Assembly (NCBI GenBank): GCA_963666985.2
Contig: CAXXIA010000002.1
Span: 1,760,001 to 1,824,000 of the forward strand
Length of the DNA: 64,000 nt
Direction: 5' to 3'
Source of the DNA: Spirochaetia bacterium
GTDB lineage: Bacteria; Spirochaetota; Spirochaetia; DSM-2461
A model generated the notes under the pieces. The model saw only the letters and a list, made by a program, of their open reading frames with translations, was not told where the DNA came from and did not search any database. The position numbers were made by a program, and so were the translations under genes. Positions 42,486 to 53,217 of this stretch are shown one piece after another. How positions within the stretch are numbered: position 1 is the stretch's first letter; each line of letters starts with the position of its first letter.

Positions 42486-42509
42486 AATATTTTCCGGTAA
42501 GATAATAAA

Positions 42510-43316
42510 ATGAAAGAAATAATTGAATTCTATAATACATTTAATGAAAGTGGCCGAATCACCGAGGAACAAACACTCGAATACATTCGAACCAAAGAGA
42601 TAATCTCAAGATATCTGGATAATTTCAAAACAGTCTTGGATATAGGAGGTGCCGCCGGTGCATATTCCTTTTGGTTGGCGTCATTAGGTTTCAGTGTAAG
42701 CCTCATTGATATTGTACCCAAGCATATAGAACAAGCAAAAGAATACTCCGCACAGAGTGGTATCACTTTGTCCTCTGCCGAAGTCGGAAACGCTCTTGAA
42801 CTTCCTTATGCAGAAGATTCATATGATATTGTTTTACTGATGGGTCCTTTGTATCACTTGCAAAAAAGGGAAGATCGAATCACTGCGATAAGAGAGGCGA
42901 AACGCGTCCTTCGGCCCAATGGATATCTGTTTATAGCAGCAATAACGAGATTCGCTGGTATATATGATGGCTTTCTACGAGGAATGATCGAAGATGAAAA
43001 GTATTGCAATATCATTAATCGAGATCTCGAAGATGGAAAACATACCCCAGGGAACACAGAATATTTTACAACATCCTTCTTTCATAAACCTGAAGAACTA
43101 TTGAATGAAATTTCTGAAGTTGGTTTTGAACAAAAGAAAATAATTGCAGTAGAAGGTTTTGCTGGCCTTATGCCAAACATTGATGAAAAGCTAAAAGACC
43201 AACAATATCGGGAGAAATTACTAAGCTATCTAAAACGTTTAGAAGAAGAAGAAAGTTTGATGGGGGCATCGATTCATTTCCTTGCCGTATGTCGGGGTAA
43301 GGTAAATATCGCTTAA
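42510..43316 (+). CDS. Class I SAM-dependent methyltransferase (cassette 17)
   Basis: VLDIGGAAG, LLMGPLYHL, RVLRPNG; stop codon lies in the attC left core. Confidence 0.9.
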   Translation: MKEIIEFYNTFNESGRITEEQTLEYIRTKEIISRYLDNFKTVLDIGGAAGAYSFWLASLGFSVSLIDIVPKHIEQAKEYSAQSGITLSSAEVGNALELPYAEDSYDIVLLMGPLYHLQKREDRITAIREAKRVLRPNGYLFIAAITRFAGIYDGFLRGMIEDEKYCNIINRDLEDGKHTPGNTEYFTTSFFHKPEELLNEISEVGFEQKKIIAVEGFAGLMPNIDEKLKDQQYREKLLSYLKRLEEEESLMGASIHFLAVCRGKVNIA

Positions 43317-43521
43317 CAGCTGTTGATGCGCTCCGGCCGCTAAAGGTGTTTAGCGGCCTCCGGGGCTCCGCCCAAATTTCGCTTTGACATGGCTCTTGCA
43401 GATGCGTTCCTGAAAGTTGTGTGGTAGTCTGAAGAACGAACGGGCTTTCTGCTAAAAGCAAGAGCGCATGCCAACCGGCTTCGCCGGCCGCGAAACTTCG
43501 CATACCAGCGGGCCGTTAAAG
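43311..43521 (+). repeat. attC: attC-like site 17 (type A)
   Basis: Conserved termini and arms. Confidence 0.85.
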
Positions 43522-43905
43522 GAAATTGGCAAAAAATGCGATCAAGCCTCGCCCTCGTGGCTCGGCCAGAGGGCAAGAGAATCTAGTAGAAAGATACTGT
43601 CTCGGCTTTTTTGATAAAACAATCAAACCTTTTTGAGTGAATTTCTATATATTAAAAATGCAGATAAGGCAATCTAGTTTTTTTACTTACAAGGATTCAC
43701 TTAACATAAAGAAAATACAACCAATCAGAAAAACAAGACTCCCAATAGATCCTATATAATTATGGAGTCGAATATTATCAATTAAAAAAGTAAGGCTTCC
43801 TACAGAAAATAGAATCCAACCAATTGACTCCAGTTTCTTCTTGTTTTTCAACTAACACCTCGAGTATTCGCTTCAGTAGATTTCACAAATTAATAGAGGG
43901 CTCGG

Positions 43906-44241
43906 TTATTGAGCCAGAACCTTTTGATTTTCGTCCTCTATGGCTTTCTCTACATATTTATTAAGAGAAAGGCCCATCCGTGTTGCTGCAAGAGATGCTT
44001 TACTATGGACTTCAGGATCAGTACGAACAAGAAATCTTCCCGAAAATGGCTTTTCCGGATTCTTTCCCCTCTCAGCACACCAATCCAGATAGAAATCAAC
44101 TGATTCAGCCATTGCCGTTTCCAACGCAGAAACAGATTCACCTTGGAATGTAATGATGTCTTTTAGTCCAACGACTTCACCGTGGAAAATCCTAGCTTCA
44201 TCATCGTATTCCACAACACCGGTATATCCTTTGTAGGTCAT
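43906..44241 (-). CDS. hicB: HicB antitoxin (cassette 18, reversed)
   Basis: YKGYTG, FHGEV, ITFQG, PEKPFSGRF. Confidence 0.92.
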   Translation of the reverse strand: MTYKGYTGVVEYDDEARIFHGEVVGLKDIITFQGESVSALETAMAESVDFYLDWCAERGKNPEKPFSGRFLVRTDPEVHSKASLAATRMGLSLNKYVEKAIEDENQKVLAQ

Positions 44242-44492
44242 GGCTTCACTCCCGCATTCATCAGAAACTTACGAATAGATTTCACAGCACCTTTATCCGT
44301 TTCCTTTCTCGGATGAGGTCGATGAACGATGATATCAACATCATTCAACGAGAAACCGACTCTTGAACCCGAACCTTCTTTCTTTTCAGCTCCTAAATGA
44401 ATTAGTAATGCTTCAATATCTCTCCAAGCAATGGATGAAAGTACAGGATCGGTGAAAATTGCTTGAAGGACTTTTCGATGCTTACTGTTCAC
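44238..44492 (-). CDS. hicA: HicA toxin (cassette 18, reversed)
   Basis: WRDIEALL, EGSGSRV, HRPHP; operator-like GATATCA-N5-TGATATC at 44501-44519. Confidence 0.92.
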   Translation of the reverse strand: MNSKHRKVLQAIFTDPVLSSIAWRDIEALLIHLGAEKKEGSGSRVGFSLNDVDIIVHRPHPRKETDKGAVKSIRKFLMNAGVKP

Positions 44493-44626
44493 AAAATAAA
44501 GATATCACATTTTGATATCAGAATCAAGATTGGTAAATATTGCAACTGCTGTTTGAGATATCTTCCACTGGACATCCGTGTCCAGTGGAAGGATGGGGGA
44601 TTGCTTTCGGAATCTCTGCCAACTTC

Positions 44627-44834
44627 CTTTAACAGCTGTTGATGCGCTCCGGCTGATAACGGGGTTATCAGCCTTCGGGGCTTCGCCCAAATTCGTCTTT
44701 GTCAGAGATTTTGCTTGTGTCTCACGTTGTGGTAAGATGAGTAGCAGTTAGCGGATAAGGTTGTGAAGAATCGCAAAATCTCCGCCAACCGCTGGCGCGG
44801 ACGACGAACTTCGCATACCAGCGGGCCGTTAAGT
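44627..44834 (+). repeat. attC: attC-like site 18 (type B, covarying TTCGTC/GACGAA arm)
   Basis: Conserved termini with compensatory changes. Confidence 0.85.
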
Positions 44835-44869
44835 GAATAGCCGAAATAATTAAAAGAGGTTGAACAATA

Positions 44870-46684
44870 ATGAATACACAAATTAATAAAATTATTAAAG
44901 AATACCTCAATCGTTCAGATGTAGATTTTGCCCTATTGATCAATGGAACATGGGGATGCGGAAAAACATATTATGTAAATAACGAAATGAGGTCATTGAT
45001 AGAAAAATCAAATAAACAAATCATTTACACATCACTAAATGGATATAGCGATTTTAACAGGTTGAAGCGTAGAATAACCTTTCAATTGCTTTACCGAAAT
45101 AAATCGGTTGATCAAGATTTAATAGATGGTCTTTTTGAAATTGGAGATAATATCCCACGGATAGGTTCTGCATTCAAAATTCTAAAAACAGCAAAAGACC
45201 TTATTGAATCAAAGAAAATTGAATCAGTAGACATTTCAGAGACTGTATTTGTTTTTGATGACTTAGAAAGAATCTCTGAAAGGGCTAACACGAAAGATTT
45301 CATCGGTCAAATTTATGAAAATTATACAAAAAAGGGCGGCAAGACCATTTTTGTGGCTGATGAAAAAAATATACGGGATGAGGATTATCATAGAATTAAA
45401 GAGAAAACAATACGAACAACAATTCAGTACACGCCTGATCACGAAAAACAATTAGCAAACTTTTTAGCACATTTTAGAGCAAAAAATAAGAATGTAAATA
45501 TTACTGAAATGCAGGGGACATTTATTGAATTGTTGAAGAAACTTGAAATTCGAAATATACGAACCGTTTCCTTTGTTCTGGATAATTTCCAAACCTGCAT
45601 TTCCGTTTTAAACAAAGAACAAACCGATAAGTATGGTAAATTCATATTTGAGAATATTGGAATTTTAACATCGGAAGTAACACTTGGAGAACTGACCACT
45701 AAAAACCTTGTTGATAAGAAGGAACTTGATAGAATAACGTCCAACCCGTTCTTTTGGGATTTACACAATAAAAAGGAAGAAGAAAAAACCTATGTTGAAA
45801 ATTTCTATGAACACTATAATCAGAGTCTCGGACTTCAGTATATATTTTTTGAATCTCTGTTTGACTATATTCTTACCGGTTACTTTGACCAAGAAAAATT
45901 TGTAAAAGAGTTGGAATACACATTTGAATCAAGTAAAAAACCAGAGGAAGAAGCGGCAATAGATTTTCTTGGAAACTTTAGAGAACTTGAGCATGATCAG
46001 CTTAAATATGGCCTTGAGAATCTTGTGAAATTTCTAGAAGAGGGTGTCTATCATTTATCAAAACTACCTCACCTTTACACTATGCTTTGCTTTTTCAAAG
46101 AACGTGAATACTTAGTTGGTTGGAAATGGAACATTGAAGACATAATTAATCGTGCTTTTCAAAAATCAGAACAGGATACAAAAAAAATACCAGCTGAGAT
46201 TGATCTTGAGATGGGGTTTCATGTTTTTGACGAAAGGCAAAAGAATAATGATTTCTATAAAGAATTGATTAAAAGAATAAGGGATAAATCGGAAGAGAAG
46301 AAATTCGATAATCGGAAAGAAAAAGTGAATATTATTTTTGATAAAGCTAAAAAAAATGAAAGATTCATTGACGACCTGAGAGAGTATGAACATTCAAAGC
46401 TTTTCGGCGATATTGTTGAGACGGGAGCGACTACTAGATTTTTTGACTTAAGTAACAAAGGAATACATGATTTTGAAGCTTATCTCTATAGTGAAATACT
46501 GCAGATCAGTAATGCTGGGCAATATGGATCTAGTCAGAAAGAGCCGCTTCAGGAGATTGTAAGAACATTATCAGAGGGAATATCAAACAGTAAATACGAC
46601 TCAATGCGAGTAAAGCGATTTGAGGAATTAATTGATTATATGAGTAGGGCTATTGCTCATCTTGAGAAAACTAAATCCGGTTGA
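44870..46684 (+). CDS. KAP-family P-loop NTPase (cassette 19)
   Basis: INGTWGCGKT; VFDDLER. Confidence 0.85.
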   Translation: MNTQINKIIKEYLNRSDVDFALLINGTWGCGKTYYVNNEMRSLIEKSNKQIIYTSLNGYSDFNRLKRRITFQLLYRNKSVDQDLIDGLFEIGDNIPRIGSAFKILKTAKDLIESKKIESVDISETVFVFDDLERISERANTKDFIGQIYENYTKKGGKTIFVADEKNIRDEDYHRIKEKTIRTTIQYTPDHEKQLANFLAHFRAKNKNVNITEMQGTFIELLKKLEIRNIRTVSFVLDNFQTCISVLNKEQTDKYGKFIFENIGILTSEVTLGELTTKNLVDKKELDRITSNPFFWDLHNKKEEEKTYVENFYEHYNQSLGLQYIFFESLFDYILTGYFDQEKFVKELEYTFESSKKPEEEAAIDFLGNFRELEHDQLKYGLENLVKFLEEGVYHLSKLPHLYTMLCFFKEREYLVGWKWNIEDIINRAFQKSEQDTKKIPAEIDLEMGFHVFDERQKNNDFYKELIKRIRDKSEEKKFDNRKEKVNIIFDKAKKNERFIDDLREYEHSKLFGDIVETGATTRFFDLSNKGIHDFEAYLYSEILQISNAGQYGSSQKEPLQEIVRTLSEGISNSKYDSMRVKRFEELIDYMSRAIAHLEKTKSG

Positions 46685-46695
46685 TTTGGCTATTC

Positions 46696-46903
46696 ACTTA
46701 ACAGCTGTTGATGCGCTCCGGCGTCAACTAGCGTTGACGTCTCCGGGGCTTCGCCCAAATTGAGCTTTGGCCTGCCATTTGCATTTATCAGTAAGCTACA
46801 AGTCATGCTACAATGCTTCATGCATTGGCCGATCGGCTGATGGCAAATGGCCGGCCAACTCCTGCGGAGTCGCTCAACTTCGCATAACAGCGGAACGTTA
46901 GCT
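46696..46903 (+). repeat. attC: attC-like site 19 (type E)
   Basis: Conserved termini; arms TTGAGC/GCTCAA and GCCATTTGC/GCAAATGGC. Confidence 0.85.
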
Positions 46904-46915
46904 GAAATCCTAAAA

Positions 46916-46955
46916 TTGACACTCAAGACATTTTGTATTACACTGCGTAATACAA
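46916..46955 (+). promoter_or_regulatory. Putative vapBC promoter with palindromic operator
   Basis: TTGACA-17 bp-TACACT; TTGTATTAC-N5-GTAATACAA. Confidence 0.7.
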
Positions 46956-46962
46956 GCAAGGA

Positions 46963-47220
46963 GTGTTGAAGATGCTTACTATTCGACTTCCCGAAGAAAT
47001 AGAATCACAGCTTGAGCTTATTACCACCTTGGAACATAAAACAAAGACGGAAATTATGAGGTCTGCACTTTCGGAATATCTCGGTAAACGACTTCCTGAG
47101 AAATCAGCGTATGAACTTGGAAAAGATTTTTTCGGTAAACATTCCAGTGATAATGGGGATCTCTCGACAACTTACAAAGACCGTTTGAAAAAGAAGCTCC
47201 ATGAAAAACATTCTCATTGA
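46963..47220 (+). CDS. Ribbon-helix-helix antitoxin, VapB-like (cassette 20)
   Basis: TIRLPEE...KTEIMRSAL; overlaps PIN gene. Confidence 0.85.
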   Translation: MLKMLTIRLPEEIESQLELITTLEHKTKTEIMRSALSEYLGKRLPEKSAYELGKDFFGKHSSDNGDLSTTYKDRLKKKLHEKHSH

Positions 47221-47611
47221 CGCCGGTCCGCTTATTGCCCTCTTTGATAAAAAAGATCGATATCACGAAAAAGCCGTTGAATATCTTCGGAACAGTTCTG
47301 ATCGTTTTGTAACTTCATGGCCTGTCCTCACAGAAGTTAGTCATATGCTGGATTTTTCTGTAGAAGCCCAAATTGATTTTCTTCGATGGTGTGAAAGAGG
47401 TGGATTAAGGATCGTAGACATCAAAGAGGATGAACTTAATCGTATTATTCAATTAACACAAACATATTCCAATGTCCCAATGGATTTGGCGGAATCCACA
47501 CTTGTCGTTTTAGCTGAACGACTTGGTATCAAAGAGATCGTTACGATAGACTCGGACTACTATGTTTACAGAACAGAGCGTAAAGAAATCCTTACGAATG
47601 TGTTTCTTTGA
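47201..47611 (+). CDS. vapC: PIN-domain toxin, VapC-like (cassette 20)
   Basis: ILIDAGPLIA, VLTE, MDLAE, TIDSDY. Confidence 0.88.
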   Translation: MKNILIDAGPLIALFDKKDRYHEKAVEYLRNSSDRFVTSWPVLTEVSHMLDFSVEAQIDFLRWCERGGLRIVDIKEDELNRIIQLTQTYSNVPMDLAESTLVVLAERLGIKEIVTIDSDYYVYRTERKEILTNVFL

Positions 47612-47679
47612 ATTAAATTGAAATATTTTCAGATGCCAACATTTTAAGAAGATCTAATACGATTTTTTGCAGGAAACAA

Positions 47680-48120
47680 ATGATACGAAATCTTCAGGAA
47701 GAGGAATATTCAGTTTGGTTGGAGCTCGCTAAAGAAGTAGAGCCTCTTTTTGGCCCCATGGTACAAGAAGTTGATTTTCAAAGCGGAATAAGAAAAAGCA
47801 TAAGAAGTGGTAATGCTTTCTGTGTCACTAGCGAAGAAGATATCGTAGTTGGAATTGTTGCCATTGATAGAATAAACCGTGAGATTGTCTGGTTGGCAGT
47901 GAAGAGAGAATTCAGAAATAATCATTTTGGTGAAAGACTGATACAAAAGGCAATAAAAGAATTGGGCGAGGATAGAAAAATCCATGTCCAGACTTTTGCT
48001 CCGGGAATTGAAGTTGGAGAAAGTGCCCGGCGTCTTTATCAAAAGTTTGGATTTGTTGATTTTAAAGAGACAGGAAAGAATCCAGCGGGAAAAGAAACAA
48101 TCAAAATGGTTAGGATTTAG
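47680..48120 (+). CDS. GNAT N-acetyltransferase (cassette 20)
   Basis: WLAV..FRNNHFG, ARRLYQKFGF. Confidence 0.85.
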   Translation: MIRNLQEEEYSVWLELAKEVEPLFGPMVQEVDFQSGIRKSIRSGNAFCVTSEEDIVVGIVAIDRINREIVWLAVKREFRNNHFGERLIQKAIKELGEDRKIHVQTFAPGIEVGESARRLYQKFGFVDFKETGKNPAGKETIKMVRI

Positions 48121-48177
48121 GTTATTTCCAGTCTGTGATTAAGGTCTTACTAATCAATGAAATGTGGAAAGGATTTC

Positions 48178-48385
48178 AGCTAACAGCTGTTGATGCGCTC
48201 CGGCCGCTAAAAGTGTTTAGCAGCCTCCGGGGCTTCGCCCAAATTTGCCTCTGTCACAGATTTTGCGTAAGGCTAGAGCTGTGCTAAAATGAGTTGCAGT
48301 TGGCGGATGATGGTGTAAAGATTCGCAAAATCTCCGCCAGTCGCTTCGCGAGCGGCAAACTTCGCATACCAGCGGAACGTTTTAT
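48178..48385 (+). repeat. attC: attC-like site 20 (type B)
   Basis: Conserved termini and arms. Confidence 0.85.
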
Positions 48386-48517
48386 GAAAAAGCTAATCGA
48401 TTTAGATTACTTTAAAGCCTTCGACAGTACCTTTTCGGGCTTAGAAGACTTTCTTTCAGACTTAAAGCCACCCCTTAAGAGGTGGCTTCTCATAGTAAGC
48501 CATTTATATTCTAATTG

Positions 48518-49153
48518 CTAAATTTTGAATCCATAAGAAATATCAATATTTATAGATTCAAAATATGTATTATAGTCTTCATATTGTGTTGTTAAATCTG
48601 TACGGTAACGTAAACCGATATCAAGAGAGCCAGCATCGGTTGGAATGATGATACCAGCACCAAGACCTATTCCAATGAGGAATAAGGATCCATCCGAATC
48701 TTTAATGCTATATTCAGTTTCGTTATCTTCTGAGTCTGACCATTTGTATTTATCAAAGAAAATGTTGAAATCAAGGCCTGCTAATGCATAGATTCCGAAT
48801 TTTTCCAGATCGTATTGAAATCTCCCGTAAACAGGGATTTCTATTGAATTCATAACCCATTGATGCCAATAGTCAGAATAGTCGGTGTCCGTCATTCGTA
48901 TCGCTTGATGGACAAAAAGAGCTTCTACCTGCATTCCGAGCATAGGTGTAAACTGAAGTCTTGCAAATCCACCACCAGCAAAACTCAAGCTTAGTCTATC
49001 CTGCCAATTTTCACTATCTTTCCTAGCTTCCCAGTCGGCGCCTCTATAACTTGCATCACTAATAATAATTTTGGGGCCAACGAAGATATCCACTGCCGAT
49101 AAAGAAGAAGCCGCAATAAAGACACCGAGTAGAACAAAGAGGGCTTTTTTCAT
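48518..49153 (-). CDS. Outer-membrane beta-barrel protein (cassette 21, reversed)
   Basis: Signal peptide, alternating beta strands, IEIPV, C-terminal ISYGFKI; stem-loop at 48465-48488 downstream. Confidence 0.75.
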   Translation of the reverse strand: MKKALFVLLGVFIAASSLSAVDIFVGPKIIISDASYRGADWEARKDSENWQDRLSLSFAGGGFARLQFTPMLGMQVEALFVHQAIRMTDTDYSDYWHQWVMNSIEIPVYGRFQYDLEKFGIYALAGLDFNIFFDKYKWSDSEDNETEYSIKDSDGSLFLIGIGLGAGIIIPTDAGSLDIGLRYRTDLTTQYEDYNTYFESINIDISYGFKI

Positions 49154-49290
49154 TATAACTTCCTTAAATCTGAATACTTTGTATAATTCATATCAATTAA
49201 GGTGCCTTAATGTAAAGCCTTATTCATTATTTTTTGCTATTGAAAACAGAGAGATAATCGGAGAATATGATGGTTTATCACAGCTTCTTC

Positions 49291-49498
49291 ATAAAACAGC
49301 TGTTAATGCGCTCCGGCCGCTAAAAGTGTTTAGCGGCCTGCGGGGCTTCGCCCAAATTTGCCTCTGTCACAGATTTTGCGTAAGTCTGTCTCTGTGGTAA
49401 GATGAGTTACAGTTAGCGGTTGAGGTTGTGAATAATCGCAAAATCTCCGCCAGTCGCTTCGCGAACGGCAAACTTCGCATACCAGCGGAACGTTTAAC
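49291..49498 (+). repeat. attC: attC-like site 21 (type B)
   Basis: Conserved termini (CTGTTAATGCG variant). Confidence 0.85.
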
Positions 49499-49761
49499 GA
49501 AAAAGTCCAGGAGGCCATTCACCGTGGCGGCGTCCATGCCGCCACGAATTTGATCATTTAAATCGTCTAGAACCAATTTTTAGTTGAAGGGACAATAACT
49601 CTATATCTATTATCGTTGAGTGAAATAGCCATAAATCGAATTAATTGATAGTTCAGTTAAACCAACTACTACTTCTGAGATAGCTTCAAAAAGGAGTTCA
49701 CAGCAATGAAATACCTTCACTTAATATTTCCATTTATATTGGAAAAGGAAACGAATTAATT

Positions 49762-50583
49762 ATGGAGTTAAGGGAAATAGTAGAAAAGATAGAATTACCA
49801 ACAAGTGTTATAGAGGTTGTGTTGTCTTTCGAAAAGGAATTTCATTGGAAAGAAATCCAATCATTCTTCAAAACTATTCATAATCCAGATACCTGGAAGC
49901 AAAGTGTAAATGAAATCGAAATTGAGTTGGGTGATGACCCAAATGGTCTAAAAATGCTTACGTTTATGCTCTTGTGTGCGGCAGAATCTATTGAAGAATA
50001 TCGAAAAAAGGGTATCAGTGATGAGATCTTCATAGACACAATGAGATTTTGCACTAGATTTACGAAAGAGCACCACCAGATTTATGGACATTACGCCTTT
50101 ACGTGGGGTTGGTGGCTTCCAAGGCAGATATCTCTTCATGAATTTAGAATCGGTACGCTTGAATATGAAATGATAATGAAAGACGGAGAGAAAAAGATAA
50201 ACATTCATATCCCGTCAGATGCCGATATCGACAAGGAAAACTTAGGAAAATCCTATCAAAGTGCAAGAGCTTTCTTCAGTAAATATTTCCCAGAGTATAG
50301 TGATGCTAGTATGGTGTGCGAATCTTGGATGCTTGCACCAAAGTTGCAGGAAATACTCCCTGAAGCTTCGAATATCATTGGTTTCCAGAAAGCATTCGAA
50401 ATAGTGCGGATAGATGAAGAAAGTAACGGATGCCTCAGATGGGTATACGGAAGGGATGATATTCCGTTTTCAGAATTGTCAGAAAAAACTTCACTGCAGA
50501 GGAATATCAAGAAGCTATTATTACAAGGTGAAAGGATAGGTGAAGCATTTGGAATACTGAAGGAGAATCCCTGGAATAAGTAA
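49762..50583 (+). CDS. Acyltransferase-like protein (DUF5596/GNAT_C type) (cassette 22)
   Basis: FRIGTLEY, IHIP, CESWML, SNIIGFQ, TSLQR. Confidence 0.75.
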   Translation: MELREIVEKIELPTSVIEVVLSFEKEFHWKEIQSFFKTIHNPDTWKQSVNEIEIELGDDPNGLKMLTFMLLCAAESIEEYRKKGISDEIFIDTMRFCTRFTKEHHQIYGHYAFTWGWWLPRQISLHEFRIGTLEYEMIMKDGEKKINIHIPSDADIDKENLGKSYQSARAFFSKYFPEYSDASMVCESWMLAPKLQEILPEASNIIGFQKAFEIVRIDEESNGCLRWVYGRDDIPFSELSEKTSLQRNIKKLLLQGERIGEAFGILKENPWNK

Positions 50584-50655
50584 AGATGAAAGTGAAAGCA
50601 TCTGAATCACGTCCTGTGATTCAGATGCAGTTTTGGGGTCTAGCAGGACTTCTTC

Positions 50656-50868
50656 GTTAAACAGCTGTTGATGCGCTCCGGCGTCAACTGGCGTTGCCGC
50701 CTCCGGGGCTTCGCCCAAATTTCGCTTTGGCTATGGCTCTTGCAGATGCAGCCTCAAAAGTGTTGTGATACCATCAAAGGCGAGCAAGGCATTGCTGTAA
50801 AAGTGCAAGAGCGCATGCCAACCGGCTTCGCCGGGCGCGAAACTTCGCATAACAGCAGAACGTTAAAT
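50656..50868 (+). repeat. attC: attC-like site 22 (type A)
   Basis: Conserved termini and arms. Confidence 0.85.
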
Positions 50869-51963
50869 GAAATAAAAAGGCAAAACTGAGCGACCAGGAC
50901 ATCCTTTACATTTTAGGTTCAGGACATCGTTTACACAAAACAAGCTTAAACGAAGCATTTGAATCCATCAACTGAAGGGAGAAAGGCATAGGTTTTCAAA
51001 TCAATTTCTCCCAATCTGAGATTGTCAAACCATACGGTGAAGCTCTCATCCTCATTCTCCCGAAGTCCAACTTGGTATCCTGAAAAGACATAACTGACAA
51101 AGACTCTATGCCTGTCGATAGTAACGGCTCCCCGATTATTCACCATTCTCACCAGATACCCGGCCGGGTAGATCACCTGAGGGATTCGAGGAGGGAAAGG
51201 CCGATTGGACTTTGTGTAAATACTTCCGGGAGTCTGCATTTTGAGAGCTTCATGCGGACGAACACTGTTGAATTGATTTCTCCAAACATCAAAGTGTGCC
51301 TGATGTTCTGAGAGGTTCCCTTGAATCTGTCCCTGCAATTCGCGTTTGATATCGGCATGCATTCTTTCATGCCCTCCGTTTTCACAAGGCCTTCCTGGAG
51401 TGATGCGATCAAGTTCAATTCCCAAGGCCAGCCACCAAACACTTAAGCGGGTGAGTCCGAGTAATCCCTTCATGGAAGCAAAGGGTGGTCCGTTATCGGA
51501 GCGGATTACCCGAGGGATTCCATAGAGAGAAAAGAGCTTTTCGAACTCTGTTCTAACTTCTTGTGTGTCAGCCTTTTGGAGAGCTTTGATGGTGAAGATG
51601 TATTTGGAGTATTCATCCCGAACCGTCAGAGGTTCACACTTTTCATTATCGGGAGTGTACCACCATCCTTTGAAGTCGACCGTCCAGATATCATTAGGGG
51701 CTTTGGCCTGCAGATGTGTTTGGATTCGGCTGCCTTTGGTCTGCTGCCGTTTCTTTCGATGATGAACCAGTCCTGCTTTATCAAGGATGCGTTTGACGGT
51801 GGTGAGGCTTGGGGGATTATTATGAGGATGGGTCTTCTGGTGTCAGCACCGGTGATAAATTTCCTGAAAACACCGGAATAAGATTTCCGGTTTTGAGCCA
51901 ATAAAAACGGGCGAGTATCCCTAAGATGGAGTAACCATACACCCATCGAAAAGGACACTGCCC

Positions 51964-53217
51964 GTGAAGCTCCAGGAGAAACGCATGCACCAGGCTCAAG
52001 TGCTGGCCAAGGAAGGGTACAAGCAGTACCGAATCGCCGAAATACTCGGCGTTACCGACCGAACGGTTCGAAATTACCTCAGCGGACACAGTCCCAAAAT
52101 GAGCCCCAGGAAGAAACGGAAGAGCAAGCTCGACCACTTCAAATCCCATATTCGCAGTGTACTTGAGGAGGAACCGCTCTTCAATTGCGAGGTGCTTTAT
52201 AAGAATCTTTGCGCCATGGGTTACACCGGAGGAATCACCATCCTCCGTGATTTCGCCAAAGAGACCCGAGATGAGATTCAGAGAGAAGTAGTTCGCCGCT
52301 TCGAAACCCAGGCCGGCTACCAGGCACAGATGGACTGGAAGATATTGCCGAAGGAACACTGGCGAGGCGTCTACGCCTTCGTCATGGTCCTCGGCTACAG
52401 CCGGACTCCCTATGTGAGATTCACCACCGATATGACCAGCGGCACACTGCTGGCCTGCCACCAGAAAGCCTTTGAGTATTTTGGCGGTGTTCCTCAGACT
52501 GTATTGTACGACAACATGAAAACAGCATGGGTCCACGACGGAGAAGAGTGGAAGACCAACTCCCGGTTACTGGAGTTCGCTTCCTCCTACGGTTTCTCTC
52601 CAAGACGATGCGCCGTCAGGCGTCCCCAGACCAAAGGAAAAGTAGAGAGGTTCATCGACTACCTTTCGGGTAACTTCCTTTCTCAGGCACGGCGTAGTGG
52701 CCTGAAGACGATCGAAGAACTCAATGACGCCATTCTGCCCTGGCTGACTGAAGTTCAGCAGAAAGAGCTCCGGGACTACCAGGAAAGTCGTGCCCAGCGA
52801 TATGAGGTGGAGAAATCCTTCCTGCAACCGGCACCGCCAGAGGGAGCTTTTGACTACCGTGACAGCATTCAGCTCATTGTCAGTCGAGAAGGCTCAGTCA
52901 CCTACAAGACTAACAAGTACAGCGTGCCGCCTGTATTGGTTGGTAAGAAGCTGACGCTGAAAATCGATGCGCTTTCCATGCAGGGGGAAATCCTCAATGG
53001 GAAGGTTTCCATACGGCTATTCAATCTCCTTCCAGCTGGCTCCCGGCAGAAGGATATCCGCAATGAAGATCGGGAAGCACTCTTTACCCTGTGGGAGAAG
53101 CAGCGTAAGAAGTCGGCGAAAAAACCAGTCCGGAAGCAACAAGATGAGCAGACCATCGTCGATATCAGAAATCCTGCCTACTATGAGCGCTTTGTCGCTG
53201 TGGGAGTCTCGGTATGA
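51964..53217 (+). CDS. istA: IS21 transposase IstA
   Basis: RFET.AG.QAQMDW, LYDNMK, QTKGKVER. Confidence 0.93.
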   Translation: MKLQEKRMHQAQVLAKEGYKQYRIAEILGVTDRTVRNYLSGHSPKMSPRKKRKSKLDHFKSHIRSVLEEEPLFNCEVLYKNLCAMGYTGGITILRDFAKETRDEIQREVVRRFETQAGYQAQMDWKILPKEHWRGVYAFVMVLGYSRTPYVRFTTDMTSGTLLACHQKAFEYFGGVPQTVLYDNMKTAWVHDGEEWKTNSRLLEFASSYGFSPRRCAVRRPQTKGKVERFIDYLSGNFLSQARRSGLKTIEELNDAILPWLTEVQQKELRDYQESRAQRYEVEKSFLQPAPPEGAFDYRDSIQLIVSREGSVTYKTNKYSVPPVLVGKKLTLKIDALSMQGEILNGKVSIRLFNLLPAGSRQKDIRNEDREALFTLWEKQRKKSAKKPVRKQQDEQTIVDIRNPAYYERFVAVGVSV

